64,000 nt of DNA from a virus (IMGVR_UViG_3300020577_006545:1-64000); one strand, 5' to 3'; shown: positions 19,669-27,480, counted from the first letter of the stretch. The notes: a model not told the origin generated them from the letters alone. Program-made: numbers and translations.

Positions 19669-21011
19669 ATCTCAATGTCCATAATTTGATTTGAACGAGC
19701 CTCTGACAAAAACCTTTCAAATATTAAGTCATTCTTAATTGGATCAATTTTTGTGATGCTTAATAAATAAGCGGCAAGGCTTCCTGCGGCAGACCCACGA
19801 CCAACTGAAACGTGTTTCTCATCACCTAGAATGTTAATAATATCTGTGATCGTTCTTTGCGTTTCCAATAAATAATCTACATACTCTTTTCTAATTAGCA
19901 TATCTGTTTCATATGTTAATCTTTCTGCATACGTTTTCACTTTCTCTTTTGGAATATATCCATTCTTTACAAACAGTTTAAACTTTTCCTGTAGCAGACT
20001 TTCAAAGTATTCGTTTGAACTTTCAAATTGGCTTGGGTAGTCTGTAAACTTATTATAGTGTTTCTTGTTCAACTGCCAGTTAATATTCTCGCACTTATGT
20101 TTCCATTCGTGATTGTTGATTAAACTTTCAATTAACACATTTTGTGGAATATCATAACCATATTTTTTTGCATTATCAATGATCTCATTTGCCGTCTTCA
20201 TATAAAGAGTTTCTTCACTGATCCATTTAAGATAATCAGGAAGCCCACCCTCATCTTCTAAATCTTTTAGTGTAGTTTTTCTCTTATCAAGCAATTTAAT
20301 AATACGAAGAACATTATCTCCCTCATCTGCATAGTGACAATCCAAACTAAGAATTGTTTTAATACCTAACTCTTTTCCAAATTTCAACAGATAATTATTA
20401 ACTATTTTTTGGTCTGCTACTTGATTGATTTGCAACTCAATATAAAAGTCATCCTTAAATCTTTCTTTATATTGCGACAACCACCTTTTCGCTTCATCAA
20501 ATTTTTTTGCCATAATAAATCTTGATGCAACTCCAGCCAAACAAGCAGAAGACACTAACAAATCATCACCCATTTCAAATAATACTTTTGTAGTAGTTCT
20601 TGGTTTCCCGTGAAACCCATTTAATGTCGCTTCATTGTTGATTTTTATTAATGATTGAATACCCTTTTCTGTTTTAGCAACTGCAAGCAAATGATTATTA
20701 ACATTATCGTCTGGATTTAAATTTCCATCATCAGCGTCTCCGTCACCATCTGCATTTTTCTTTTTTTCTCTACCATCATTAAGATAAAGTTCAATCCCTA
20801 CCCCTGGGACTACATTTTTCTTTTTGCACATTTTGTAAAAATCAATAATACCATCAAGAGTACCGTGATTTGTTAATCCTATAAACCCAATATTATTAGA
20901 TACTGCCTTTTCAATATAACTTTCAGTTGTTGAACAACCGTCTGCGCTGAAGTCATTATGACAATGTATTAGCGATGTAGTTTCAAGTTCCGTGGAATAC
21001 AATTTTGACAT
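19665..21011 (-). CDS. dnaE: DNA polymerase III alpha subunit, N-terminal part only (PHP domain + start of palm)
   Basis: IHCHNDFS..DG, GLTNHG, HLLAVAK, FYIELQ, DCHY, VGRGSAAGSL..LSITKIDPI..LIFERFL; stops before the PDIDxD motif. Confidence 0.9.
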   Translation of the reverse strand: MSKLYSTELETTSLIHCHNDFSADGCSTTESYIEKAVSNNIGFIGLTNHGTLDGIIDFYKMCKKKNVVPGVGIELYLNDGREKKKNADGDGDADDGNLNPDDNVNNHLLAVAKTEKGIQSLIKINNEATLNGFHGKPRTTTKVLFEMGDDLLVSSACLAGVASRFIMAKKFDEAKRWLSQYKERFKDDFYIELQINQVADQKIVNNYLLKFGKELGIKTILSLDCHYADEGDNVLRIIKLLDKRKTTLKDLEDEGGLPDYLKWISEETLYMKTANEIIDNAKKYGYDIPQNVLIESLINNHEWKHKCENINWQLNKKHYNKFTDYPSQFESSNEYFESLLQEKFKLFVKNGYIPKEKVKTYAERLTYETDMLIRKEYVDYLLETQRTITDIINILGDEKHVSVGRGSAAGSLAAYLLSITKIDPIKNDLIFERFLSEARSNQIMDIEI

Positions 21012-21018
21012 AACAAAC

Positions 21019-21047
21019 AGTATACCGTACTAATCAGATAGTATCAA
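21019..21047 (-). promoter_or_regulatory. sigma70 promoter, leaderless dnaE-N mRNA
   Basis: TTGATA-17-TATACT-7-ATG. Confidence 0.7.
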
Positions 21048-21822
21048 GCAATATTTGTTCTATTTGTTTAAATTTAGTATAGGGAATTCTTATTAACTTA
21101 ATTTTATTCTTTTTAGCAAACTTATCTTTAATTTTATCTCTTTTTTTGGTTGATTTAAACGCTTCTTTGCCACCAAAGAATTCGTTTTCTTTAAAGTGAA
21201 ATTCACCGTCATATTCAATTAGTATATTTCTAATAGGCAAATAAAAGTCAAACTTCAATTTTTTTATATACTTACATTCATTAAATGTTTTCTGTTCTTC
21301 AAATGAAAAATTGTTTTTTGTTAAAAATTGTCTTATTCTTTCTTCACCTTTAGATGATTTACAAAATTTACAACCTTTGCCACATAAATGGTCATGTGGG
21401 GTTTGTTCAAATTCTCCACACTCCTTACAAAATATTTTTATTTTAGTATATGCACCTTTATATTCAACCATTGAGTAATCATATTTATTATTATGAATCT
21501 CTTTTGCTTTTTTAACAAACCTGTCCCTGTTAGACGAATTTACTTTACCAACATATTCTCTTGCACATTTTTGGCATCCGTATTTAAAATGATTTTGTGG
21601 TAATTGTTCAAATTTTCCATGAAATGGGCATATAATTGTAATTTTTTTATGCATATTATCATAGTTAACTAAACTATAATCGTATTTACTATTATGAATT
21701 TGTTTTGCTCTTACTACAAATTCATCAGTAGTTAACCTTATACCCATAGTACTTATCTTTGTCACAAAAGACATTATATTCCTTATTTTTATTAAATGGG
21801 CTTTTTGGTCTAAAATGAACAA
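21034..21822 (-). CDS. DUF723-repeat / PD-(D/E)XK (Vsr/DUF559-like) putative homing endonuclease
   Basis: Two HNxKYDYS.V.Y....KI.I.C..HG.F.Q.P..H..G repeats; SSKGEERI..FL, LKFDFYLP..ILIEYDGEFH, IKLIRIPY. Confidence 0.8.
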   Translation of the reverse strand: MFILDQKAHLIKIRNIMSFVTKISTMGIRLTTDEFVVRAKQIHNSKYDYSLVNYDNMHKKITIICPFHGKFEQLPQNHFKYGCQKCAREYVGKVNSSNRDRFVKKAKEIHNNKYDYSMVEYKGAYTKIKIFCKECGEFEQTPHDHLCGKGCKFCKSSKGEERIRQFLTKNNFSFEEQKTFNECKYIKKLKFDFYLPIRNILIEYDGEFHFKENEFFGGKEAFKSTKKRDKIKDKFAKKNKIKLIRIPYTKFKQIEQILLDTI

Positions 21823-21837
21823 AGTTAATATGTACCT

Positions 21838-22221
21838 ATGAACGACATGAGAGTATTACAGTTATCAGGTCTTATAACAGAAGATGAGATACTAACAGAA
21901 AAAAGAAAAACTGAAAAGGCTAAAAAAGAAGGCGAAGAAAGGATTAAAGATCGCTTCACTAAACAAGGCATTAAGGTTATTAGTGTTGATGATAATGGCC
22001 ATGAAGTTAAAGTAGTAATTGACAAAGATGATGCAAAAAAAATAAAAGTGTTAGATGTAAGAAAAATAACAGGAGCAAGACTTGCAAGACAGATTTCTAC
22101 AAACAGTTATGCTATATATCCTGATAAAGATGATGTTATCTACCGTCAAGCAACTAAGGATGATGACAAGGCTGGTGTCGTTAAGAGAGTAATGAATAGG
22201 CTATCCGCATTAGTTAGTTGA
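21838..22221 (+). CDS. Hypothetical protein with RxLQL[AS]G N-terminal motif
   Basis: MNDMRVLQLSGLITEDE resembles the 3510 ORF start. Confidence 0.6.
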   Translation: MNDMRVLQLSGLITEDEILTEKRKTEKAKKEGEERIKDRFTKQGIKVISVDDNGHEVKVVIDKDDAKKIKVLDVRKITGARLARQISTNSYAIYPDKDDVIYRQATKDDDKAGVVKRVMNRLSALVS

Positions 22222-22413
22222 CTAATCCATTTCTTTCCAAGCAGTAAAAGTTTTCATCCATTCTTCTGCATACAAATCTTTAATTCCAAGATTTTTCATA
22301 TTGGTTTTAAAATTTTCAATATCTCTCATTAGTTGATAAATAAAATCGTCAACATCCATTTTTTCTGGATACGACATTTCGCACATATCTGTGCATTCTC
22401 TATTATTCATCAT
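22222..22413 (-). CDS. Hypothetical protein
   Basis: 63 aa ORF. Confidence 0.55.
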   Translation of the reverse strand: MMNNRECTDMCEMSYPEKMDVDDFIYQLMRDIENFKTNMKNLGIKDLYAEEWMKTFTAWKEMD

Positions 22414-22567
22414 ATTTCCATTTTATTAAGTTTTTCATTTTGTTTGCCATAATCTCTCCAAACTCCCTAAAGAATTCAGGGTCTTTATTTAAGAGTAAAC
22501 TTACATTTTGAACTTCCAATCCTTCAAGGAGGGCAACCAACTTCTCCTTCCATTGTCCTTCTTCCAT
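22403..22567 (-). CDS. Hypothetical protein (leaderless; start MEEGQW)
   Basis: TTGACA(22603-22598)-17-TAATCT-7-ATG(22567). Confidence 0.6.
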   Translation of the reverse strand: MEEGQWKEKLVALLEGLEVQNVSLLLNKDPEFFREFGEIMANKMKNLIKWKYDE

Positions 22568-22604
22568 ATTTAAGAGATTAACATAACAACATTGCGTTGT
22601 CAAA

Positions 22605-22633
22605 TAAAAAGAGCCAGTATTTCTACTGGCTCT
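22605..22633 (-). terminator. Rho-independent terminator ending the Ro60/HNH unit
   Basis: AGAGCCAGTA-GAAA-TACTGGCTCT-TTTT. Confidence 0.85.
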
Positions 22634-22637
22634 ATGA

Positions 22638-22682
22638 TTAAAGTGGTAAATCCTTTTCGTGTGGTTTTACATTCCATCCGTC
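22638..22682 (-). pseudogene. Ghost (displaced) C-terminus of the 23425-23580 zinc-ribbon gene
   Basis: DGWNVKPHEKDLPL* vs DGWEILPREFNKEL*: same length, 6/14 identical, both end CTT TAA. Confidence 0.7.
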
Positions 22683-22683
22683 T

Positions 22684-23385
22684 TTATAATTCATTTTGTT
22701 TTTTAAAGTCATTAAATCCTTTATAATCAAAAAATTTCCATTTTCTTTGGATAGTAGTTCTTGAGATTTTTAATATTTTTGATAAATCTTTTTCCATTAA
22801 ATTTGGGTTTTCTTTTAATATTTTTAATATCTCTTTTTCAGTAACATCCAAATATGTTGAAGAATAGTATTTCTTCCCAATTTTTTTAAGCCTTAAATCT
22901 TTTATATTTTTATATCCAAAACTCTTTATTCTTCTTCTAAGCGTATTGGTTCCTACATTTAAAGATTTTGCTAATTGCTCTTCGGTTAAATTTGAATTTT
23001 TTGAGAGTAATTTTGTGATGTCGTCTTCCAATATTTCTTTAATATTTTTTTTATTCATTTCAATTAAAAAATTTTTAGAAAATTGATATCCACGAGAATT
23101 ACTATATCTATTTTGATTTTTATTTTTACTTGTATTCATTCTTAAAAACGCAAAGGACATTCTGCGTTTATTTATACCGTTTGTAAATTTTGTTAATAAC
23201 CAATGTGACACATAATGCTCTCTTGCAGAGAGCGTCACCAAATTTTCTTTTTTATTTGTCCCACCTAGACTTTTAGGGATTATATGATGTTTTTCAAAAT
23301 ACTTATTTTGAAAAACATTTCTTTTAAGGGCATTATCTATAATTTTATTATACCAATTATAATATTTATTTTCAATAAAATACAT
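22684..23385 (-). CDS. HNH homing endonuclease with C-terminal HTH repeats
   Basis: EKHHIIPKSLGG..NLVTLSAREHYVSHWLL; two HTH-like segments. Confidence 0.88.
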   Translation of the reverse strand: MYFIENKYYNWYNKIIDNALKRNVFQNKYFEKHHIIPKSLGGTNKKENLVTLSAREHYVSHWLLTKFTNGINKRRMSFAFLRMNTSKNKNQNRYSNSRGYQFSKNFLIEMNKKNIKEILEDDITKLLSKNSNLTEEQLAKSLNVGTNTLRRRIKSFGYKNIKDLRLKKIGKKYYSSTYLDVTEKEILKILKENPNLMEKDLSKILKISRTTIQRKWKFFDYKGFNDFKKQNEL

Positions 23386-23424
23386 TGTAATAATATCTTG
23401 TGTAAAAATTAAAATTTTGCCTAG

Positions 23425-23580
23425 TTAAAGTTCTTTATTGAATTCTCTAGGCAAAATTTCCCACCCGTCATTGAACTTACAAAGAGGGCAATTTTCTTCT
23501 TGTTGCCACTCTTCGTAAGTGTAGTGATGGTCGCATTCTGGACAGACCAGAGTTTTTGTATCTCTAATCTTATCCGTCAT
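23425..23580 (-). CDS. Small zinc-ribbon protein coupled to Ro60 (not in ORF track)
   Basis: MTDKIRDTKTLVCPECDHHY..ENCPLCKFNDGW.. 51 aa; ATG 1 nt after the Ro60 stop. Confidence 0.7.
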   Translation of the reverse strand: MTDKIRDTKTLVCPECDHHYTYEEWQQEENCPLCKFNDGWEILPREFNKEL

Positions 23581-23581
23581 A

Positions 23582-25048
23582 CTAAATCTCTACTTGATGA
23601 ACTGCATTCAACAGTGCTTCTTTGTCTTGCTCAAGAAGTTTCATTACATCAAAAATCTTTTCACTGAAACCAGCAAGTGCGAACACTTTGTTTTCAGGAA
23701 ATTGAAGACTTCCATAACCTTGCAAGTCAAAACTATAGATGTAAGGGTCGCTTCCAACCGATTTCTTATAGTTCTGGAAAGATGCATCTGGTCTGTTACT
23801 TCTGTAACCACCTGTCACCCACGCTTGCATGTCTGACAAGACAATAATTCTGTCAAACTTCAATTTCTTTTCTGTAATCTTATCAAAGATACAGTTGAAG
23901 TTCGTTCCCCCACCGTGAAAACCAATTGCGTCTACAATTGATTTGAGGCTGTTGCCAGCGTCAATTCTTTTGATAGTTGCACTGTCGTCAAATGTTAGAA
24001 CAACAGAAGTATCTGGATTTCTCTTGTGAATAGCGGCGGCAAATAGAGAACCAATTTCACTTGGCTTTCCACTCATTGAACCTGAAACATCAAGAGCGAT
24101 TAAAGTTTCACCTTCAAGTTCTGGAACATTGTTCACAGAAATATCAAGTGCTTTACTCAATGCGTTCAAAACTTTTTTTGAAAGTTTCACATCTGCATCA
24201 TAAACTTTTTCAATCTCTTTGATTGCTGTCATAAATCTAAATGGTAGAATTAAGGATTTCTTAATTGCTACTTCATTAGTTAATTGACGGCAAGCCTCAT
24301 CAACCATTTCTGGTGCTTGAGTAATTATGTTTCTCAGGTTTCTAAGAAGAGCGAATATACCAAGTTTTTTAGTCTCAAGCAATTCTTTCCAAGCCTTACC
24401 TTTCAGTTCGGCTACTTCTTCTTCACCTTCTGCTTTACCAGCCTCACTCAACATTGCTTCCCAAGTATCAACATTCTTGAGTTTTCCAGACATTAAGTCT
24501 TTGAACACTTGAACATTTTTTTCACTTGGCTTTGGGTGAATGAGGTTGAAAGCATCAACCATTCCAAGTTCTTTTCCAGAACCAGCGTATTTAGCAAGTT
24601 GATAACCATCAAACTTGTTCAACGCTCTTGCCAAACCATCTTTCAATGAATTTGGAAGTGGCTTACCATACTTATTCATGTAATAAGCGAGAATTTCAGT
24701 AATATCGTCTGCACGATACACAACCTTTTCATAGAAAGGTCTTGTCCATTGCTCACCTTTTACTTGTTTTGCAATCTCACCTGCTACTGCGTGTGTGATT
24801 GAGCGCATACCAAACTGTGTTCTTGCAAACACTGCGGCCTTTGCCGCAAATTTCTTGTCTTTCAACTGTGAAATTAGTTGTGAAACTTTCTCAAGAGTTT
24901 CGTTAGAACCTCTATAAAATTGTTCACCTGCGAATGAAGTCAAGAGAATAGAAATTAATTCCAACTCTGCACTTTCTTGATGCGCGTCGCCACCAGCATA
25001 GTTTTGTATTGCTGGTGCCTTTTGTCTCGTTTTGTTAAACTTTGACAT
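23582..25048 (-). CDS. rsr: Ro60 / TROVE-domain RNA-binding protein with vWA domain
   Basis: NYAGG.A, RTQFGMRS, LPNSLKDGLARA..KFDGYQLAKY, ALLRNLRNI, LPFRFMTA, vWA DVSGSM MIDAS, IVLSDMQ. Confidence 0.95.
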   Translation of the reverse strand: MSKFNKTRQKAPAIQNYAGGDAHQESAELELISILLTSFAGEQFYRGSNETLEKVSQLISQLKDKKFAAKAAVFARTQFGMRSITHAVAGEIAKQVKGEQWTRPFYEKVVYRADDITEILAYYMNKYGKPLPNSLKDGLARALNKFDGYQLAKYAGSGKELGMVDAFNLIHPKPSEKNVQVFKDLMSGKLKNVDTWEAMLSEAGKAEGEEEVAELKGKAWKELLETKKLGIFALLRNLRNIITQAPEMVDEACRQLTNEVAIKKSLILPFRFMTAIKEIEKVYDADVKLSKKVLNALSKALDISVNNVPELEGETLIALDVSGSMSGKPSEIGSLFAAAIHKRNPDTSVVLTFDDSATIKRIDAGNSLKSIVDAIGFHGGGTNFNCIFDKITEKKLKFDRIIVLSDMQAWVTGGYRSNRPDASFQNYKKSVGSDPYIYSFDLQGYGSLQFPENKVFALAGFSEKIFDVMKLLEQDKEALLNAVHQVEI

Positions 25049-25095
25049 ATCTTACCTCCAGTTCCCTTTCGGGACAAATTAGAACAAATAATAAT

Positions 25096-25159
25096 GTGGA
25101 GAAAACCAAGAAGGGGGTTTTTCTATTAATGGTTGAAGTATCCCTTCTTTCACTACCAC
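25096..25159 (-). ncRNA. Y RNA-like copy 4 (minimal, 64 nt)
   Basis: GUGGUAGUGAAAGAAGGGAUACUUCAA...CCCCUUCUUGGUUUUCUCCAC; ends pair; shares motif with other copies. Confidence 0.75.
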
Positions 25160-25176
25160 TTTTATTAGTGCAAAAT

Positions 25177-25267
25177 ACGGAGAAAATCTATAAGAGAATT
25201 TTTTAAGGAGTTGAACCTTAAACCATTATGAGTGGTTTAACCGAAGTATCTCTTATATTACTGCCGT
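25177..25267 (-). ncRNA. Y RNA-like copy 3 (91 nt) with anticodon-arm + T-arm insert
   Basis: Same terminal stem; insert AAACCA-CUCAUAA-UGGUUU then AAGG-UUCAACU-CCUU. Confidence 0.75.
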
Positions 25268-25293
25268 TTTATTTAGTACATTCACAAACTAAT

Positions 25294-25420
25294 GCGGAGA
25301 AAATTGTAAAGGAAATTTTTTAGGCGCTCTACCAACTGAGCTACATACCTTTCGGTATGACAGGACTTGAACCTGCGACTTCCCGCTTAATAGGCGATGA
25401 AATCCTTTACTTACTACCGT
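25294..25420 (-). ncRNA. YrlA-like Y RNA copy 2 (127 nt) with permuted tRNA domain
   Basis: T arm GCAGG-UUCAAGU-CCUGU, acceptor closed by GAAA (CAUACC/GGUAUG), D arm GCUC-AGUUGGUA-GAGC, inside a Ro-type terminal stem. Confidence 0.85.
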
Positions 25421-25436
25421 CTTTAATTAGTGCATT

Positions 25437-25500
25437 GCGAAGAAAAACGAGAAGAGAGTTTTTTTTCACCAAATTGAAGTAACCCTTCTCTTACTGTCGC
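25437..25500 (-). ncRNA. Y RNA-like copy 1 (minimal, 64 nt)
   Basis: GCGACAGUAAGAGAAGGGUUACUUCAA...CUCUCUUCUCGUUUUUCUUCGC; begins 7 nt after the -10 box. Confidence 0.75.
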
Positions 25501-25507
25501 AATTATT

Positions 25508-25536
25508 ATCTTACCCCATATGTAAGAATGCGTCAA
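25508..25536 (-). promoter_or_regulatory. sigma70 promoter of the Y RNA-Ro60 operon
   Basis: TTGACG-17-TAAGAT, +1 predicted at or near 25500. Confidence 0.8.
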
Positions 25537-25590
25537 ATGAAATTTAATTTTTTTTATTTTTTTCTTTTAATTAAGGAAAATGCACATCAC

Positions 25591-25619
25591 TTGACGAGAA
25601 ATCAAAAAGCCCTTATAAT
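25591..25619 (+). promoter_or_regulatory. Divergent sigma70 promoter
   Basis: TTGACG-17-TATAAT. Confidence 0.8.
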
Positions 25620-25671
25620 TGAACCCGTCAGGGTGATAAGGAACAAGTGTACTGTACAGTACAGGAAAACT

Positions 25672-25908
25672 ATGAGCGAAAAACAGTTTAAAATAGGCGA
25701 CAAAGTAATTGTGATAGGCAAATATGAAGCAGATAACTTTTGGGTTGGTGATATAGAACAAATAGATGAAAATCAAATTTATATAAAAGTTGGAAATCAA
25801 GGATTGGGAGTTGATATAAATGATTTAGAACATTATGATAAGAATATCAATTGGGTAGAGTTTTATAAAAATAAATACCCTCACCCAGAATTCTGGGAAG
25901 GAGATTGA
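25672..25908 (+). CDS. Small SH3/KOW-like hypothetical protein
   Basis: MSEKQFKIGDKVIVIG; start moved downstream of promoter (track start 25528 overlaps promoters). Confidence 0.6.
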   Translation: MSEKQFKIGDKVIVIGKYEADNFWVGDIEQIDENQIYIKVGNQGLGVDINDLEHYDKNINWVEFYKNKYPHPEFWEGD

Positions 25909-25909
25909 A

Positions 25910-26215
25910 ATGAGTTTTGAAGAAAGAAAAATAATAAAATATGGAATTAAATTTTCTATAGATGTAACTGATATGTCTATAGATGAGGATGGCACTCCTA
26001 CAGCAAACATTGCTCTTAAAAAAGAGCAAATACCTATTTTATATATTACACCAAAACATCAAGAAGAAGTTCATTTCATTAGAATGCAGTTAAAAGCGAT
26101 TGCTGAAATGACCTGTGAAGGTAAAAAAGCACATAGAAAATATGAATTAGAATTGATGGATAGGTTAGCGGAGATTACAGACACTATGTTTAATAAAAGA
26201 AAAGACTTGCAATAA
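25910..26215 (+). CDS. Hypothetical protein
   Basis: 101 aa ORF. Confidence 0.55.
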   Translation: MSFEERKIIKYGIKFSIDVTDMSIDEDGTPTANIALKKEQIPILYITPKHQEEVHFIRMQLKAIAEMTCEGKKAHRKYELELMDRLAEITDTMFNKRKDLQ

Positions 26216-26235
26216 TTAAAACAATCATTTATAAT
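26207..26235 (+). promoter_or_regulatory. sigma70 promoter, leaderless primase mRNA
   Basis: TTGCAA-17-TATAAT-7-ATG. Confidence 0.75.
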
Positions 26236-26242
26236 TTCCTTT

Positions 26243-27259
26243 ATGGGAATTGCTTGGGACAGAATTGTTGTTGAAAATGCACTCCAAGAAATTCTTGGCG
26301 AGCCGAAGATTTCTAAAAACGGTAAAGAATGGCAATATAACTCACATTACACAAGTGATAATAAAAGAAAACTTTATGTTAATGTGGAAAAGCACGGCGT
26401 ATTCAACGATTTCAAATCAGGCGAAAAAGGTTCGTTTGAAAGATTGATCGCAGATTACAATGGCTGGTCAGAGGATGAAGCAATCCGTCATCTTATAGCA
26501 AATTTCGCCTCTAAAATGAATGGTGTAACAATGATTGGCACCACTATAAAGAAAAAAGACCCTGTTGTAAAAAATGGTAATTTACCAGAACATTCCTACA
26601 AAATAAAACATAACGATAAGTATTCTCTTCCTTATATTAAGTATTTGCAGAGCAGAGGAATGCCAGATAGTTTCATCTATAATTGTTATTATTCTATTGC
26701 TAAAGTGATGAATGGCAAACCATTTGAAATGAAAAATTATGTAATTATTCCGTATCTTGATGAGTTTGATAAAGTGATTTATTGGACTGGAAGATGTATA
26801 TATGAAAACAAACGGCCAAAATATTACAATTGTCCAGAAGCAGATGCATCACACTTTGTTTACAATGTGTTCACTGATGTACTTGAAGTTGTTATCACAG
26901 AGGGTGTTCTTGATGCTATCAAGTTTGGTAAAAATGGTATAGCAACTGGTGGTAAATCAGTAAGTGATTTTCAAATTGACGCTATAGTGGCAAGAAATTT
27001 TAAGAGAATTATTCTTGTTCCAGACAATGAAGAATATGAGAAAGGACCAAAAGCAACTATTGAATTATTCAAAAAATTAAGAGAGCGTGGACAAAATGTA
27101 TTCATCTTTAATTGGATTTCTTATGGTAAGAAGATTAGATTAAAAGTGAAAGACTTCGCTTCATTTACTGAGATAGAACATTTTAAGGTTAAAGACCTTG
27201 AGAAACATTTGATTGATAATGATTTTGAAGCACAAACAATTTATATGGTGAGGGACTAA
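26243..27259 (+). CDS. Phage DNA primase (TOPRIM)
   Basis: YLQSRG, IIPY..YWTGR..PKYYN, VITEGVLDA, IILVPDNE. Confidence 0.88.
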   Translation: MGIAWDRIVVENALQEILGEPKISKNGKEWQYNSHYTSDNKRKLYVNVEKHGVFNDFKSGEKGSFERLIADYNGWSEDEAIRHLIANFASKMNGVTMIGTTIKKKDPVVKNGNLPEHSYKIKHNDKYSLPYIKYLQSRGMPDSFIYNCYYSIAKVMNGKPFEMKNYVIIPYLDEFDKVIYWTGRCIYENKRPKYYNCPEADASHFVYNVFTDVLEVVITEGVLDAIKFGKNGIATGGKSVSDFQIDAIVARNFKRIILVPDNEEYEKGPKATIELFKKLRERGQNVFIFNWISYGKKIRLKVKDFASFTEIEHFKVKDLEKHLIDNDFEAQTIYMVRD

Positions 27260-27261
27260 TT

Positions 27262-27480
27262 ATGATGCCGTGTTGCGATTTATGTTACAAAAAGTATTTA
27301 GAAGAAGATGGAAGTCTTGATGAGAAAGCATATCAAGACGCACTTGGAGAATTTGCTGTGTGGCTCTCTGAGCAAAGAAAAACAAAGAAAACTGTTGGAT
27401 TTGACACAAGACTTGATGAAGCGAAGAATAGGAAGTGCAGATGTGCTTGTCATGTTAAGGGGAGAAATATTCTGCATTAA
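27262..27480 (+). CDS. Cys-rich hypothetical protein
   Basis: CCDLC...CRCACH. Confidence 0.6.
   Translation: MMPCCDLCYKKYLEEDGSLDEKAYQDALGEFAVWLSEQRKTKKTVGFDTRLDEAKNRKCRCACHVKGRNILH

Noticed and set aside
19644-21030. GTACGGTA repeated on both sides of dnaE-N as an att/excision site
   Set aside because: Both copies are the spacer/-10 junction of sigma70 promoters; 8 bp is within chance expectation.
21012-21837. Replacement dnaE N-terminus associated with the DUF723 nuclease
   Set aside because: No convincing duplicated peptide upstream of the nuclease.
25294-25420. A tRNA gene
   Set aside because: Arms are permuted (T, acceptor, D), the acceptor is closed by a GAAA loop and there is no CCA end.
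25096-25500. Four repeated units as a CRISPR array
   Set aside because: Repeats are degenerate, each unit folds end-to-end around a variable structured insert, there are no cas genes, and Ro60 is adjacent; Y RNA explains it.
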